From the NCBI GenBank assembly GCA_002418895.1, contig DIFA01000019.1, positions 106,662 through 170,661 on the forward strand: DNA of 64,000 bases. Direction: 5' to 3'. The stretch's first letter is position 1. Each line of letters opens with the position of its first letter. Made by a program: the position numbers and the translations under genes. The notes below the pieces were generated by a model, which was not told the origin of the DNA, did not search any database, and saw only the letters and a list, made by a program, of their open reading frames with translations. Origin of the DNA: Dehalococcoidia bacterium UBA5760 (GTDB lineage Bacteria > Chloroflexota > Dehalococcoidia > Dehalococcoidales > UBA5760). Positions 31,100 through 39,507 of this stretch are shown here, in pieces.

Positions 31100-31620
31100 T
31101 TTAAGACATCAAAATTTTGACGCTCTAGAATCAAAATCTAGGGGCCTAAAAATATTTTTTAATGGTAATCTACCTTCGGAAGCAGCATTTTAGGAATAAC
31201 TCCATGATTTTATCGCTTCATTAAGATAAGCATCGTCAAAACATGCAGATCGTCGAAACATCCGACAAATAAAAGGGACGGAGACAATAGAAACTCAAAT
31301 TCCAAATGCTTCCTTAATATCATGGGTTACAAAATAAACCCTCGCAGGAATAATCCGGAACCATTACGTCGGAGTCGGAAATAGTTGAATTGTTCAAAAG
31401 CCGTCTTGAATGAAAGAAACAGCTTGAGTGAGAAATCTACTTCTGTTTCTGTTTATTAATAGGGGCGCACAATATATGTTATGTAACCTAAGCGTTAACA
31501 AACAGCCATCGGGAAATCCCCAGAAACAGACAAATGGTTGTAAAGACCTTTTCGATACAGTTATTGACGAAATCAGTATAAAGTGGTTAAGTGAAGGCGG
31601 TAAACAAGGGGGCTGCCAGG

Positions 31621-32058
31621 ATGAAAAGATTATTATCGATTCTTATTCCCATATTACTTATCTCCGGGTGTGTTTCCAGTAGCCAGCAAATCACCCCCGA
31701 TAACCCACTTATTGCAGACGCCTCGCTACAAACTTCCACAGCCACTAGTTATATTGACGTCTCGGTGTCACAACTCTTATCAGAATATAAAAATAACGAA
31801 GTCGCCGCAGACTTAAAGTATAAAAACAAGGCACTCCGTGTATCAGGTATTGTAGAAAGGGTCGGCACAGATATTCTAGGTACGCCCTATGTTATCGTAG
31901 TACAAAATGCTGGGGATTGGTCAGGGGTTCAGTGTATGTATCCCAAAACAAGTGCATATCAGCAATTACTGGCAACACTAAATACTGGGGATCCCATTAC
32001 CGTTACAGGTAATTGCGAAGGTTACCCCCTTAGTCTGCACGTTTTACTCAAGCATTAA
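31621..32058 (+). CDS. Lipoprotein with an OB-fold (tRNA_anti-like) domain
   Basis: ATG 31621 lies 8 nt after AAGGGGG. Lipobox ISGC. The segment SQLLSEYKNNEVAADLKYKNKALRVSGIV resembles the tRNA_anti-like OB family. Confidence 0.55.
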   Translation: MKRLLSILIPILLISGCVSSSQQITPDNPLIADASLQTSTATSYIDVSVSQLLSEYKNNEVAADLKYKNKALRVSGIVERVGTDILGTPYVIVVQNAGDWSGVQCMYPKTSAYQQLLATLNTGDPITVTGNCEGYPLSLHVLLKH

Positions 32059-32231
32059 AGAAAACCTTAAAAACCCCGAAAGGTAAAGCTTGATTATCAC
32101 CTATCTACAGGAGCAATAACGCCCGCGTGCCCTTCTCCATCTCCGCACACTTTACCTACCCTACCGACACTCCGGTTACCTGGTTGTGTTATGTCAAGTT
32201 GATTTCCACATACCCTACTGTAATACAGGTA

Positions 32232-33965
32232 TTACCAATAACGGGATAGCGGCCAGATCTGCTCACCGATTTCTTTCCGGGAAGAAAAATCATATGCGGT
32301 CCGACCTACCTTGAGGCAGGCCCTAGCCGGAGACACCTCGATAAACATTTCTGCATCGGGCAGACGGCTGTGCAGAATATTGGCAAGAAGCACGGCCTTT
32401 TCCAGACCGTCGCCACGGCCGTAGTTCCACACCTCGTCAGGTTGAGCAAGCCGCCCCGGCCCATCGTATATCGACATATCAGGCATCTCGCTTAATCTCC
32501 GTACTAATAGTGAGCTATCCTCAATTCCCCCGGCACCTTCAATGGAGACCGGATTACGCTGCATAGCAGCAACCAAAAACGGCCACGGCTCCGTACGCAT
32601 CAGATCGCGATAGGCATAGAACGCCATATTAGCGGTATCATTACGCTCACGGATAGATTCCAACCGGTTGACGATTTCCGAGCGTGTCATGCCAAGAACG
32701 ATACTCAGCGGCTCCTGTCCGGAGACGAATTCCTTCTCACTGGCATCAGGAAGTCTGGGGTCGGTATTACAGAATGCAGCCAGCCTCTCCAGAGCCACCT
32801 CAGCTTCCAGACAATCAGAAGCCAGCCGCCCCTTAAGCAGCTCCAGATCGTCCCGCGTATTACACTTGATGTTCTCCTGTCGCACCAGATCCTCAAGCTC
32901 ATTAAGAACAATGCGGTGGCGTAACGGGGTAATCTGAAATTCTTCAGTATCAATCTGGGCCATCAATTTATCTCTCGTCCGATCGTTTATCCGGTACGGG
33001 CTGCCGTGCTCATAAGCAAATACCCTCTCGGCGCCTACGTAGTTATCCACCCCGTGCATCGACCATCGAATCTGGAAGCATTTCTGCAAGTCGCGGCTAT
33101 GCCGCAGGAAATTAACGATATTCTTGTCATCGAGCGGGGCCTTGAGATAGCTTTTCAGACGATCGGCGAAATGCGCATAGGCGCCTTTGTCAATGGTTGC
33201 CCGGTTATAAACGGTGTGGACATAACCGGTCGGGTGGGCAACAATCGTAACCGCCTCTTTCTCCAGTGCCCGACGGGCCTGTGCCGACAATGCGGTACCG
33301 TTAAACCACATGCTCTTTGTTACCAGCCGCCGGTTGTTGGTCAGAATCCCATCATCAACATCGATGAAGTCCTGGGAATGTAATGGCGTAGCCATCAGAT
33401 AGATGTCTTCAAGCGGGATCCCGGCCACGATGAATAAAGCCGCCGCATAGAGCGCCGCCAGAGAAACACATTCCCCCGCCCCTGTCTCGTAGTTGGTCTT
33501 GTAGCGAAAGGCATCCATCGCCTCAACCGTCTCAGTTTTCCAGTATGGGATGACATTGCTATCATACTTATCCAGGCCGAAGTGAGCCCGGATGTCCATA
33601 TCGAAGTAATACCGGTCACCCTCATAGCCGAACAAGGCATTAGACTTCCGGATCGTATCCTCACTGATGAAGCCGCGAAAGCGCGCTATTTCACGCTCCC
33701 TGGTGGTAAGCCCCCACGTCTCCAGGTCCAGGTTAAAGGTATAATTATCCATAATATACTGCTTCAGCTTTGAGATGCGACGGTAGGGACTCATCTCCGC
33801 CAGCCCGGAGAACCACGGATTATCTCGCCATAGCCAGATACACGGCGACATGATATTGGCCAGGACCAGGCTGTACATCAACTCCGGGAAAATAAACACC
33901 TCCATATCGGAAAGCGTAACAGCCGATGACCTGAGTTCCATCTCTTTCGAATTGTTTTCGGTCAT
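32232..33965 (-). CDS. Conserved-looking hypothetical protein (577 aa) with a transglutaminase-like Cys-His-Asp core
   Basis: GAGECVSLAALYAAALFIVAGIPLEDIYLMATPLHSQDFIDVDDG has the spacing of a transglutaminase/papain-like catalytic core. A second, Cys-less copy sits at the C-terminus (GRGDGLEKAVLLANILHSRLPD). There is no signal peptide. Confidence 0.6.
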   Translation of the reverse strand: MTENNSKEMELRSSAVTLSDMEVFIFPELMYSLVLANIMSPCIWLWRDNPWFSGLAEMSPYRRISKLKQYIMDNYTFNLDLETWGLTTREREIARFRGFISEDTIRKSNALFGYEGDRYYFDMDIRAHFGLDKYDSNVIPYWKTETVEAMDAFRYKTNYETGAGECVSLAALYAAALFIVAGIPLEDIYLMATPLHSQDFIDVDDGILTNNRRLVTKSMWFNGTALSAQARRALEKEAVTIVAHPTGYVHTVYNRATIDKGAYAHFADRLKSYLKAPLDDKNIVNFLRHSRDLQKCFQIRWSMHGVDNYVGAERVFAYEHGSPYRINDRTRDKLMAQIDTEEFQITPLRHRIVLNELEDLVRQENIKCNTRDDLELLKGRLASDCLEAEVALERLAAFCNTDPRLPDASEKEFVSGQEPLSIVLGMTRSEIVNRLESIRERNDTANMAFYAYRDLMRTEPWPFLVAAMQRNPVSIEGAGGIEDSSLLVRRLSEMPDMSIYDGPGRLAQPDEVWNYGRGDGLEKAVLLANILHSRLPDAEMFIEVSPARACLKVGRTAYDFSSRKEIGEQIWPLSRYW

Positions 33966-34070
33966 TTACCCCACTCTACCTGATCTGTTCTCTAATACCG
34001 ATCCAATAGTCACAAGAGAGATGAGGATATCAACAAGAGGAGTCAGATAAAATACTAAGCACAAAGGAAG

Positions 34071-34142
34071 TGGGCTCGGTAGGGTTCGAACCTACGACCA
34101 ATCGGTTATGAGCCGACCGCTCTGCCGCTGAGCTACGAGCCC
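34071..34142 (-). tRNA. tRNA with CAT anticodon (elongator Met, or Ile2 if lysidine-modified); CCA not encoded
   Basis: Acceptor GGGCTCG/CGAGCCC, anticodon arm GTCGG-CTCATAA-CCGAT, T arm GTAGG-TTCGAAC-CCTAC. It lacks the initiator features. Confidence 0.88.
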
Positions 34143-34347
34143 CCAAAAGTCAGTGACGAATTAACCCGACACATCGATGGTAAATGGTAACAACATACCC
34201 GACTGCCAGAAAACAAGCAGTACTCTCTAACTGAATCAGCTGCTCTCTACTATAGTTAGATTATATTGGCTGGAGAATTTGAAGTCAATACAGAACAGGA
34301 AGCACGAAAGAACAAGGATGTTTGAGCCAACGTCAGCCTTCTGTTTC

Positions 34348-34428
34348 CTAACGGCTCTTTCTTTTGCGAACGACCAGCAGCACAACAACGAGAGCTACGA
34401 TTATTGCAACACCTATCCGCCAATCCAT
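34348..34428 (-). CDS. Possible 26-aa single-TM peptide (MDWRIGVAIIVALVVVLLVVRKRKSR)
   Basis: ATG lies 10 nt after GGAG. It has one hydrophobic helix followed by a basic tail. It overlaps the 62-aa Cys/Arg-rich track ORF (34256..34444) in another frame. It is too short to support statistically. Confidence 0.25.
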   Translation of the reverse strand: MDWRIGVAIIVALVVVLLVVRKRKSR

Positions 34429-34646
34429 TAACAGTCTTCTCCAATCTTCAATACTGGAACGGAGCATTATGCCCGTTCTCAGCGCCTATGACAGAATCCG
34501 TTAATGGACACTTTAACCAGTTGGGCTCCCCTTGTCAAGTCTGGCGCCTGATATGACGAGAACATACCTGCTTAATCAAAGGATACTCGCCGGAAGTTTG
34601 CTTTTTCGCCCCGCCATGGCGTAAAATCTACGTGTAACTTAGCGGT

Positions 34647-34721
34647 GCGGGAGTAACTCAGTGGTAGAGTTCCTGCCTTCCAAGCAGGCTGTCGCGGGTT
34701 CGAGCCCCGTCTCCCGCTCCA
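34647..34721 (+). tRNA. tRNA-Gly (anticodon TCC), CCA encoded
   Basis: Acceptor GCGGGAG/CTCCCGC, anticodon arm CCTGC-CTTCCAA-GCAGG, T-loop GGTTCGAGCCC. Confidence 0.9.
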
Positions 34722-34810
34722 TATAAACTGCGATTTTGCTTAACTTTTTTCACCGCTCTACTCTCCCGTTTTGTATTATGTTTTTCTACAAAGTCAGTGC
34801 TAAGGGGATA

Positions 34811-35203
34811 ATGAAACTCAAAATAGTAATAACATGCTTTGCTTGTATCGCATTAATACCTCTCTTAGCATGCTCCCCACAATTAGAGAAAGCCACCATT
34901 ACGGTCACCTGTGAGGATTTTGCTCAGAAGCAAGACATTGTTGCAGCTGCCAAAAAACCGTTTTCTGTGGGTAAATCGTTCACAGTAGCCTTATGCTCAG
35001 AGTCATCGGCAGGATTTCAGTGGCAAGAATCCGTGCTGATAGGCGACGGAGCTGTGGTACAGCAGACTGCTTATAGGCCCGGCACCGGACAGGATGTTTG
35101 GACTTACAAGACACTTAGTCCCGGTAATACTATGCTTCAGTGGAGCACCACCGACGACAGCATTGAGCAACGGACATTCCGCATAGCCATCGCTGTTGAA
35201 TAG
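34811..35203 (+). CDS. Lipoprotein, distant chagasin-like (Inhibitor_I42) cysteine-protease inhibitor candidate
   Basis: ATG 34811 after AAGGGGA. Lipobox LLAC. SESSAGFQW resembles the NPTTGY/FxW loop, and GTGQDVWTYKTLSPGNTML resembles the GxGG...F.F.A...G strand-loop. Confidence 0.45.
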   Translation: MKLKIVITCFACIALIPLLACSPQLEKATITVTCEDFAQKQDIVAAAKKPFSVGKSFTVALCSESSAGFQWQESVLIGDGAVVQQTAYRPGTGQDVWTYKTLSPGNTMLQWSTTDDSIEQRTFRIAIAVE

Positions 35204-35334
35204 TCTTGCCTATATTACCCCTATATTTCTTATCAAAGTATGCTACACCTACCACTCCGGCATAACAGAGTCATAGCCTGCCCTTCTTAAACAGCCCGAA
35301 CAGCCGCATTCTATACGGCTTCCCCGACGATACG

Positions 35335-35363
35335 TTGCCGTTTTTTGTTTAGGCTGATATAAT
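35335..35363 (+). promoter_or_regulatory. Putative sigma-70 promoter upstream of tRNA-Glu
   Basis: TTGCCG, 17-nt spacer, TATAAT (with an upstream TG at -15/-14). Confidence 0.5.
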
Positions 35364-35467
35364 GACTAAGGTTGGTTTCTTAAACATCCTGAGCAAATAT
35401 TTGAACCAGTACGCTCCGAGAAAGATTCGATACGATTTCTGTATCTCCAGCCAGTTTTGTAGTTCGT

Positions 35468-35544
35468 GGCGCATTCGTCTAGCGGCCTAGGACACCTCCC
35501 TCTCAAGGAGGAGATCACCGGTTCGAATCCGGTATGCGCTACCA
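35468..35544 (+). tRNA. tRNA-Glu (anticodon CTC), CCA encoded
   Basis: Glu-type D arm TCGTCTAGCGGCCTAGGAC, anticodon arm CCTCC-CTCTCAA-GGAGG, T-loop GGTTCGAATCC. Position 1:72 is a G-U pair, so the exact 5' end is plus or minus 1 nt. Confidence 0.85.
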
Positions 35545-35547
35545 AAC

Positions 35548-35576
35548 TTGACTTTTATAGCACTCGTTTTTATAAT
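35548..35576 (+). promoter_or_regulatory. Putative sigma-70 promoter upstream of tRNA-Thr/tRNA-Tyr
   Basis: TTGACT, 17-nt spacer, TATAAT. It starts 4 nt after the tRNA-Glu CCA. Confidence 0.5.
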
Positions 35577-35621
35577 ATGCCAGTTGTTCATATCATTTAG
35601 CGAACAGCTTCGAGAGGCGGT

Positions 35622-35694
35622 GCCCGAGTAGCGCAATGGTAGCGCAACCGACTTGTAATCGGTAGGTTAGTGGGTTCGAATCCCCTCTCGGGCT
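35622..35694 (+). tRNA. tRNA-Thr (anticodon TGT)
   Basis: Acceptor GCCCGAG/CTCGGGC, anticodon arm ACCGA-CTTGTAA-TCGGT, T-loop GGTTCGAATCC. Confidence 0.9.
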
Positions 35695-35715
35695 CGGTTC
35701 TTGGTGGTTATACGG

Positions 35716-35803
35716 GGAGGGGTGCCGGAGTGGTTAATCGGAGCAGTCTGTAAAATTGCCGCCTGAAAGGGCTACGTTGGTTCGAATCCAACCCCCTCCA
35801 CCA
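35716..35803 (+). tRNA. tRNA-Tyr (anticodon GTA), long variable arm, CCA encoded
   Basis: Acceptor GGAGGGG/CCCCTCC, anticodon loop CTGTAAA, extended variable arm, T arm GTTGG-TTCGAAT-CCAAC. Confidence 0.9.
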
Positions 35804-35884
35804 TCCAATATGTGAGCCGTGATACTAAATAGACGGAACAACCGTTCAGTAAGGGCTCATGTATAGCCGTCCCGAAGCGGAGCT

Positions 35885-36328
35885 TCAGTGAATTCCGGGT
35901 TTCTCTTTTTCACCGGCTGCTCTGTGGCCCGGTTTTTGAGAGACTGAAGACAAGACTTTTTGATCGGAATTATCCGAATCCTGTAACGCAGCCTCCAGCT
36001 TTTCCAACCGCCGGCTAATCATATAGAGGCTGCCTACCAAAAGCCTGGTGGTCCGGTTGCTTGAGCGCTGGGTATAATCCGCGATACCCCATCCTACGAA
36101 AGAGAGCCCGATGGCAAGCATGAGGAAACCGATACCGATCTGCGTGTTGGTAGCGTTCAGACGGAGAACAAGAACATTCCGGGATAATTCAGGATTGAGG
36201 CTTACCTCCGATATCAACTCAGACAATGAAGAGTAGGTCTGATAAACCCACACAATCGCTACCACTACGAATACTGAGCCTATCAGGACAAACCTCATTT
36301 CGCTTAATGCACGCGTTACTCGCATCAC
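35885..36328 (-). CDS. Hypothetical two-TM membrane protein
   Basis: 147-aa ORF with two hydrophobic helices and a charged C-terminal tail. I recognise no family. Confidence 0.5.
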   Translation of the reverse strand: MMRVTRALSEMRFVLIGSVFVVVAIVWVYQTYSSLSELISEVSLNPELSRNVLVLRLNATNTQIGIGFLMLAIGLSFVGWGIADYTQRSSNRTTRLLVGSLYMISRRLEKLEAALQDSDNSDQKVLSSVSQKPGHRAAGEKEKPGIH

Positions 36329-36610
36329 CAGTCACCTCACGCAATTTATCTGAATCATTCTATCACAATATATAGCAGCATTAGCAAAAAGCAATCCTGC
36401 CCTCTAAATGTTTATCCGGTACAGCCCCCTTTAATTAATCCGAATAGAATCATGCTTGACAAAACCATACAAAACATTCTAGTCTATACAGGTAGTTTAC
36501 TGCCGTCGCTTGTGACTCACCCTCGCAATGACATCCGAGTATATAGCTGCCGGTTCAGGACTGCGATTCTGCCAGGGCAGTTGATGTCTTTAGGAAGATG
36601 TAATCACAGG

Positions 36611-36639
36611 TTGACTTTTCGTCTCTATTACCTTAAAAT
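36611..36639 (+). promoter_or_regulatory. Putative sigma-70 promoter of the tRNA-Thr-tuf unit
   Basis: TTGACT, 17-nt spacer, TAAAAT. It ends about 52 nt upstream of tRNA-Thr(GGT). Confidence 0.5.
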
Positions 36640-36691
36640 TAGCTACATCAGTTACGTGTAAAGTAAAGTTAAATTATACGTAAATAAATGT

Positions 36692-36764
36692 GCCCACATA
36701 GCTCAGCCGGTAGAGCGCATTCTTGGTAAGAATGAGGTCACCAGTTCGAATCTGGTTGTGGGCT
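36692..36764 (+). tRNA. tRNA-Thr (anticodon GGT)
   Basis: Acceptor GCCCACA/TGTGGGC, anticodon arm CATTC-TTGGTAA-GAATG, T arm CCAGT-TCGAATC-TGG. It sits directly upstream of tuf, as thrT does in E. coli. Confidence 0.9.
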
Positions 36765-36787
36765 GAGGACAAAGGGGGTTTTTGAAA

Positions 36788-37990
36788 ATGGCTAAGCAGA
36801 AGTTCGATCGCAGCAAGCCACACTGTAATGTTGGTACCATAGGTCATGTTGACCACGGCAAGACAACCTTAACGTCGGCAATAACTCTGGTGCTGTCCAA
36901 GGGAGGTACGACCGGTTATCGTTCATTTGACAGTATCGATAACGCTCCCGAGGAGAAGGCAAGAGGGCTTACTATTGCCATTGCTCATGTAGAATACGAA
37001 ACTGATAAGAGACACTATGCCCATATTGATTGTCCCGGCCATGCAGACTTCGTTAAAAACATGATAACGGGGGCAGCCCAGATGGATGGGGCAATACTGG
37101 TGGTCAGTGCCCCCGATGGTCCGATGCCCCAGACCAGGGAGCACGTACTGCTAGCCCGTCAGGTAGAGGTCCCCGCCATGGTGGTCGCCCTGAATAAGGT
37201 AGACATGATGGAGGACGAGGAGCTTCTGGAACTGGTGGAGATGGAAGTCAGAGAGATACTTAGCAAACAGCAGTTCCCCGGCGACGAGATCCCGATATTA
37301 AGAGTAAGCGCCATCAAAGCTCTGGAATGCGGCTGTGGCAAGAGGGAGTGTCAGTGGTGCGGCCCTATCTGGAAGTTGATGGATGCCGTTGACAGCTATA
37401 TTCCGATACCGGAACGGCCTAAAGACCTGCCTTTCTTGATGCCGGTGGAGGATGTCTTCAGTATCAAGGGTCGGGGTACCGTGGCGACAGGAAGAGTCGA
37501 GCGTGGCGTAATTCACCCGGGAGATGAAATCGAGATAGTAGGCCTGCACCATGAGCCTAAAAAGATAGTGGCTACCAGCCTGGAGATGTTCCACAAGCTC
37601 TTGGATGATGCTGAGCCCGGTGATGCGGTGGGTATCCTGCTAAGGGGTGTAGACCGTGAGGATATTGAGCGAGGACAGGTACTGGCTAAGCCCGGTTCAA
37701 TCAAGCCGCATACCGAAGCTGAGGCCGAGGTCTACGTCCTGGGTAAAGAAGAAGGCGGGCGGCACACCCCGTTCTTCAACGGATATAAGCCCCAGTTCTA
37801 TATCAGAACAACGGATGTTACCGGGACTATCGGGCTACCCGAGGGTGTGGAGATGGTTATGCCCGGTGATAATATAACGATGAAGATAAAGCTAATCTAC
37901 CCGGTAGCCATGGAGAAGGGCCTACGCTTTGCTATCAGGGAGGGGGGCAGGACAGTAGGCGCCGGCACTGTCAGCCGCATCATTGAGTAA
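36788..37990 (+). CDS. tuf: Elongation factor Tu
   Basis: [37 protein letters not shown] 36788 follows AAGGGGG; the track ORF starts 6 nt earlier at a TTG. Confidence 0.95.
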   Translation: MAKQKFDRSKPHCNVGTIGHVDHGKTTLTSAITLVLSKGGTTGYRSFDSIDNAPEEKARGLTIAIAHVEYETDKRHYAHIDCPGHADFVKNMITGAAQMDGAILVVSAPDGPMPQTREHVLLARQVEVPAMVVALNKVDMMEDEELLELVEMEVREILSKQQFPGDEIPILRVSAIKALECGCGKRECQWCGPIWKLMDAVDSYIPIPERPKDLPFLMPVEDVFSIKGRGTVATGRVERGVIHPGDEIEIVGLHHEPKKIVATSLEMFHKLLDDAEPGDAVGILLRGVDREDIERGQVLAKPGSIKPHTEAEAEVYVLGKEEGGRHTPFFNGYKPQFYIRTTDVTGTIGLPEGVEMVMPGDNITMKIKLIYPVAMEKGLRFAIREGGRTVGAGTVSRIIE

Positions 37991-37992
37991 TT

Positions 37993-38160
37993 ATGGCTAA
38001 GAAATCTGAGGCGAGAATAATTATCCACCTTGCCTGTACCGAGTGCAAGGAAAGGGGATATACCACTACCAAGAATAAGAGGAATGATGCTCAGCGGTTA
38101 GAGTTGAGTAAGTACTGTCCCCGTTGTCGGGTACACAGGCTACATAGAGAGGTAAAATAA
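37993..38160 (+). CDS. rpmG: 50S ribosomal protein L33 (Cys4 zinc-ribbon form)
   Basis: 55-aa ORF, below the track cutoff: [55 protein letters not shown]. It is in the conserved position between tuf and secE. Confidence 0.88.
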   Translation: MAKKSEARIIIHLACTECKERGYTTTKNKRNDAQRLELSKYCPRCRVHRLHREVK

Positions 38161-38164
38161 GACT

Positions 38165-38416
38165 GTGGCGGTTCAGAAGTATAAGACTACCGCGGTAGCG
38201 CAGCGTACCGTTACCAGCCCCAAGAAGGGTTTCTCGATAACCGGTTTTTTGGGCGGTATCGGTTCTGAACTGAAGAAGGTGGTATGGCTTTCCCGGCGTG
38301 AGGTGGTATATTTAACCGTGGTGGTGATTATTGTAGCCGGTGTCGCCGGCCTGGTGCTGGGAGGAGTGGATCGCGGCTTTGGTCAGTTGGTTCGTAACTT
38401 CTTCTTGGGTGGTTAG
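38165..38416 (+). CDS. secE: Preprotein translocase subunit SecE
   Basis: 83 aa with GSELKKVVWLSRREV plus a single C-terminal TM segment. GTG start. Conserved secE-nusG order. Confidence 0.88.
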   Translation: MAVQKYKTTAVAQRTVTSPKKGFSITGFLGGIGSELKKVVWLSRREVVYLTVVVIIVAGVAGLVLGGVDRGFGQLVRNFFLGG

Positions 38417-38531
38417 TAATCGGCAACTACCCGTGAGTTTGAGCGAGGTTTTTATCGTCCCAATTAGTAAATTCCGCACCAGTTACTGTAGTCTTGAAGT
38501 CTTTCTGAAATCTTTCTTGCGGTGAGGTCTT

Positions 38532-39065
38532 GTGGAGGAAAAGCAAAAATCCTGGTTTGTCGTCCATACCTATTCCGGGTACGAAGAACGGGTCAAGAAG
38601 AACCTTGAGCAGCGCATCAAGTTTATGGACTCTGAAGACGAGATCGCCAGGGTAGTTATTCCTACTGAGGATGAGATTGAGGTAAAAAGCGGCCAAAAGC
38701 AAACGGTGAGCAAGAAAATACTACCCGGCTATGTCCTTGTCCAGATGGGGATGAGTGACCAGAGCTGGAAGATAGTACGTAATACTCCTGGCGTCACCGG
38801 TTTTGTCGGCGGGGGAGATAAACCGGTCCCTCTGACCAATGAAGAGATCACCCGGATTTTGAAGCAAATGGAAGCAGAAGCACCCAAGCTAAAGATCGGT
38901 TTCCGAGAGGGAGAGAGCGTTCGTGTGACTGATGGCCCGTTCCTTGATTTTATCGGAGTGGTGGAAAGTATCAATTCAGAAAAGGGCAAGGTCAAGGTGC
39001 TTCTGTCACTGTTTGGACGTAGTACCCCCGTTGAGCTTGATTTTCTGCAGGTAGAGAAGCTTTAA
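38532..39065 (+). CDS. nusG: Transcription termination/antitermination factor NusG
   Basis: WFVVHTYSGYE NGN domain and C-terminal KOW domain (GESVRVTDGPF). GTG start 4 nt after GGTGAGG. Confidence 0.92.
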   Translation: MEEKQKSWFVVHTYSGYEERVKKNLEQRIKFMDSEDEIARVVIPTEDEIEVKSGQKQTVSKKILPGYVLVQMGMSDQSWKIVRNTPGVTGFVGGGDKPVPLTNEEITRILKQMEAEAPKLKIGFREGESVRVTDGPFLDFIGVVESINSEKGKVKVLLSLFGRSTPVELDFLQVEKL

Positions 39066-39082
39066 GTTTTCAGGAGAGATAA

Positions 39083-39505
39083 ATGGCGAAAAAGGTTAAG
39101 GCCGTAGTTAAGCTGCAGATACCAGCCGGTCAGGCAAACCCTGCCCCTCCGGTGGGTCCTGCGCTAGGTCAGCACGGGATTAATATAATGGGATTCTGCA
39201 AAGAGTATAATGAGCGCACCGCCAGCCAGTCCGGTTCTATCATTCCGGTTGAGATAACCGTTTTTGACGACCGGTCATTCACATTCATTACCAAGACACC
39301 ACCCACCAGTGACCTGTTGAAAAAAGCGTTAAGCCTGGAAAAAGGGGCCGGAGCTACTGGTCGTGAGAAAGCGGGCACATTATCCCGTGACAAGCTCCGC
39401 GAAATAGCACAGCTTAAGGCGAAAGACCTGAACGCAGTCGATATTGAGGGGGCGGAGCGAATCGTCAAGGGTACCGCCCGCAGCATGGGAATTGAGGTTG
39501 AGTAG
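39083..39505 (+). CDS. rplK: 50S ribosomal protein L11
   Basis: [27 protein letters not shown] motif. Confidence 0.95.
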   Translation: MAKKVKAVVKLQIPAGQANPAPPVGPALGQHGINIMGFCKEYNERTASQSGSIIPVEITVFDDRSFTFITKTPPTSDLLKKALSLEKGAGATGREKAGTLSRDKLREIAQLKAKDLNAVDIEGAERIVKGTARSMGIEVE

Positions 39506-39507
39506 AG

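Noticed and set aside
31428-31682. 84-aa ORF in the AT-rich gap upstream of the OB-fold lipoprotein gene.
   Set aside because: It has no RBS and no recognisable domain. It runs across the much better supported ATG/RBS/lipobox start of the lipoprotein gene at 31621, in another frame.
34256-34444. 62-aa Cys/Arg-rich TTG-start ORF between tRNA-Met and tRNA-Gly.
   Set aside because: Its composition is implausible and it has no RBS. The overlapping 26-aa ATG-start hydrophobic peptide frame is the more credible reading, although it too is weak.
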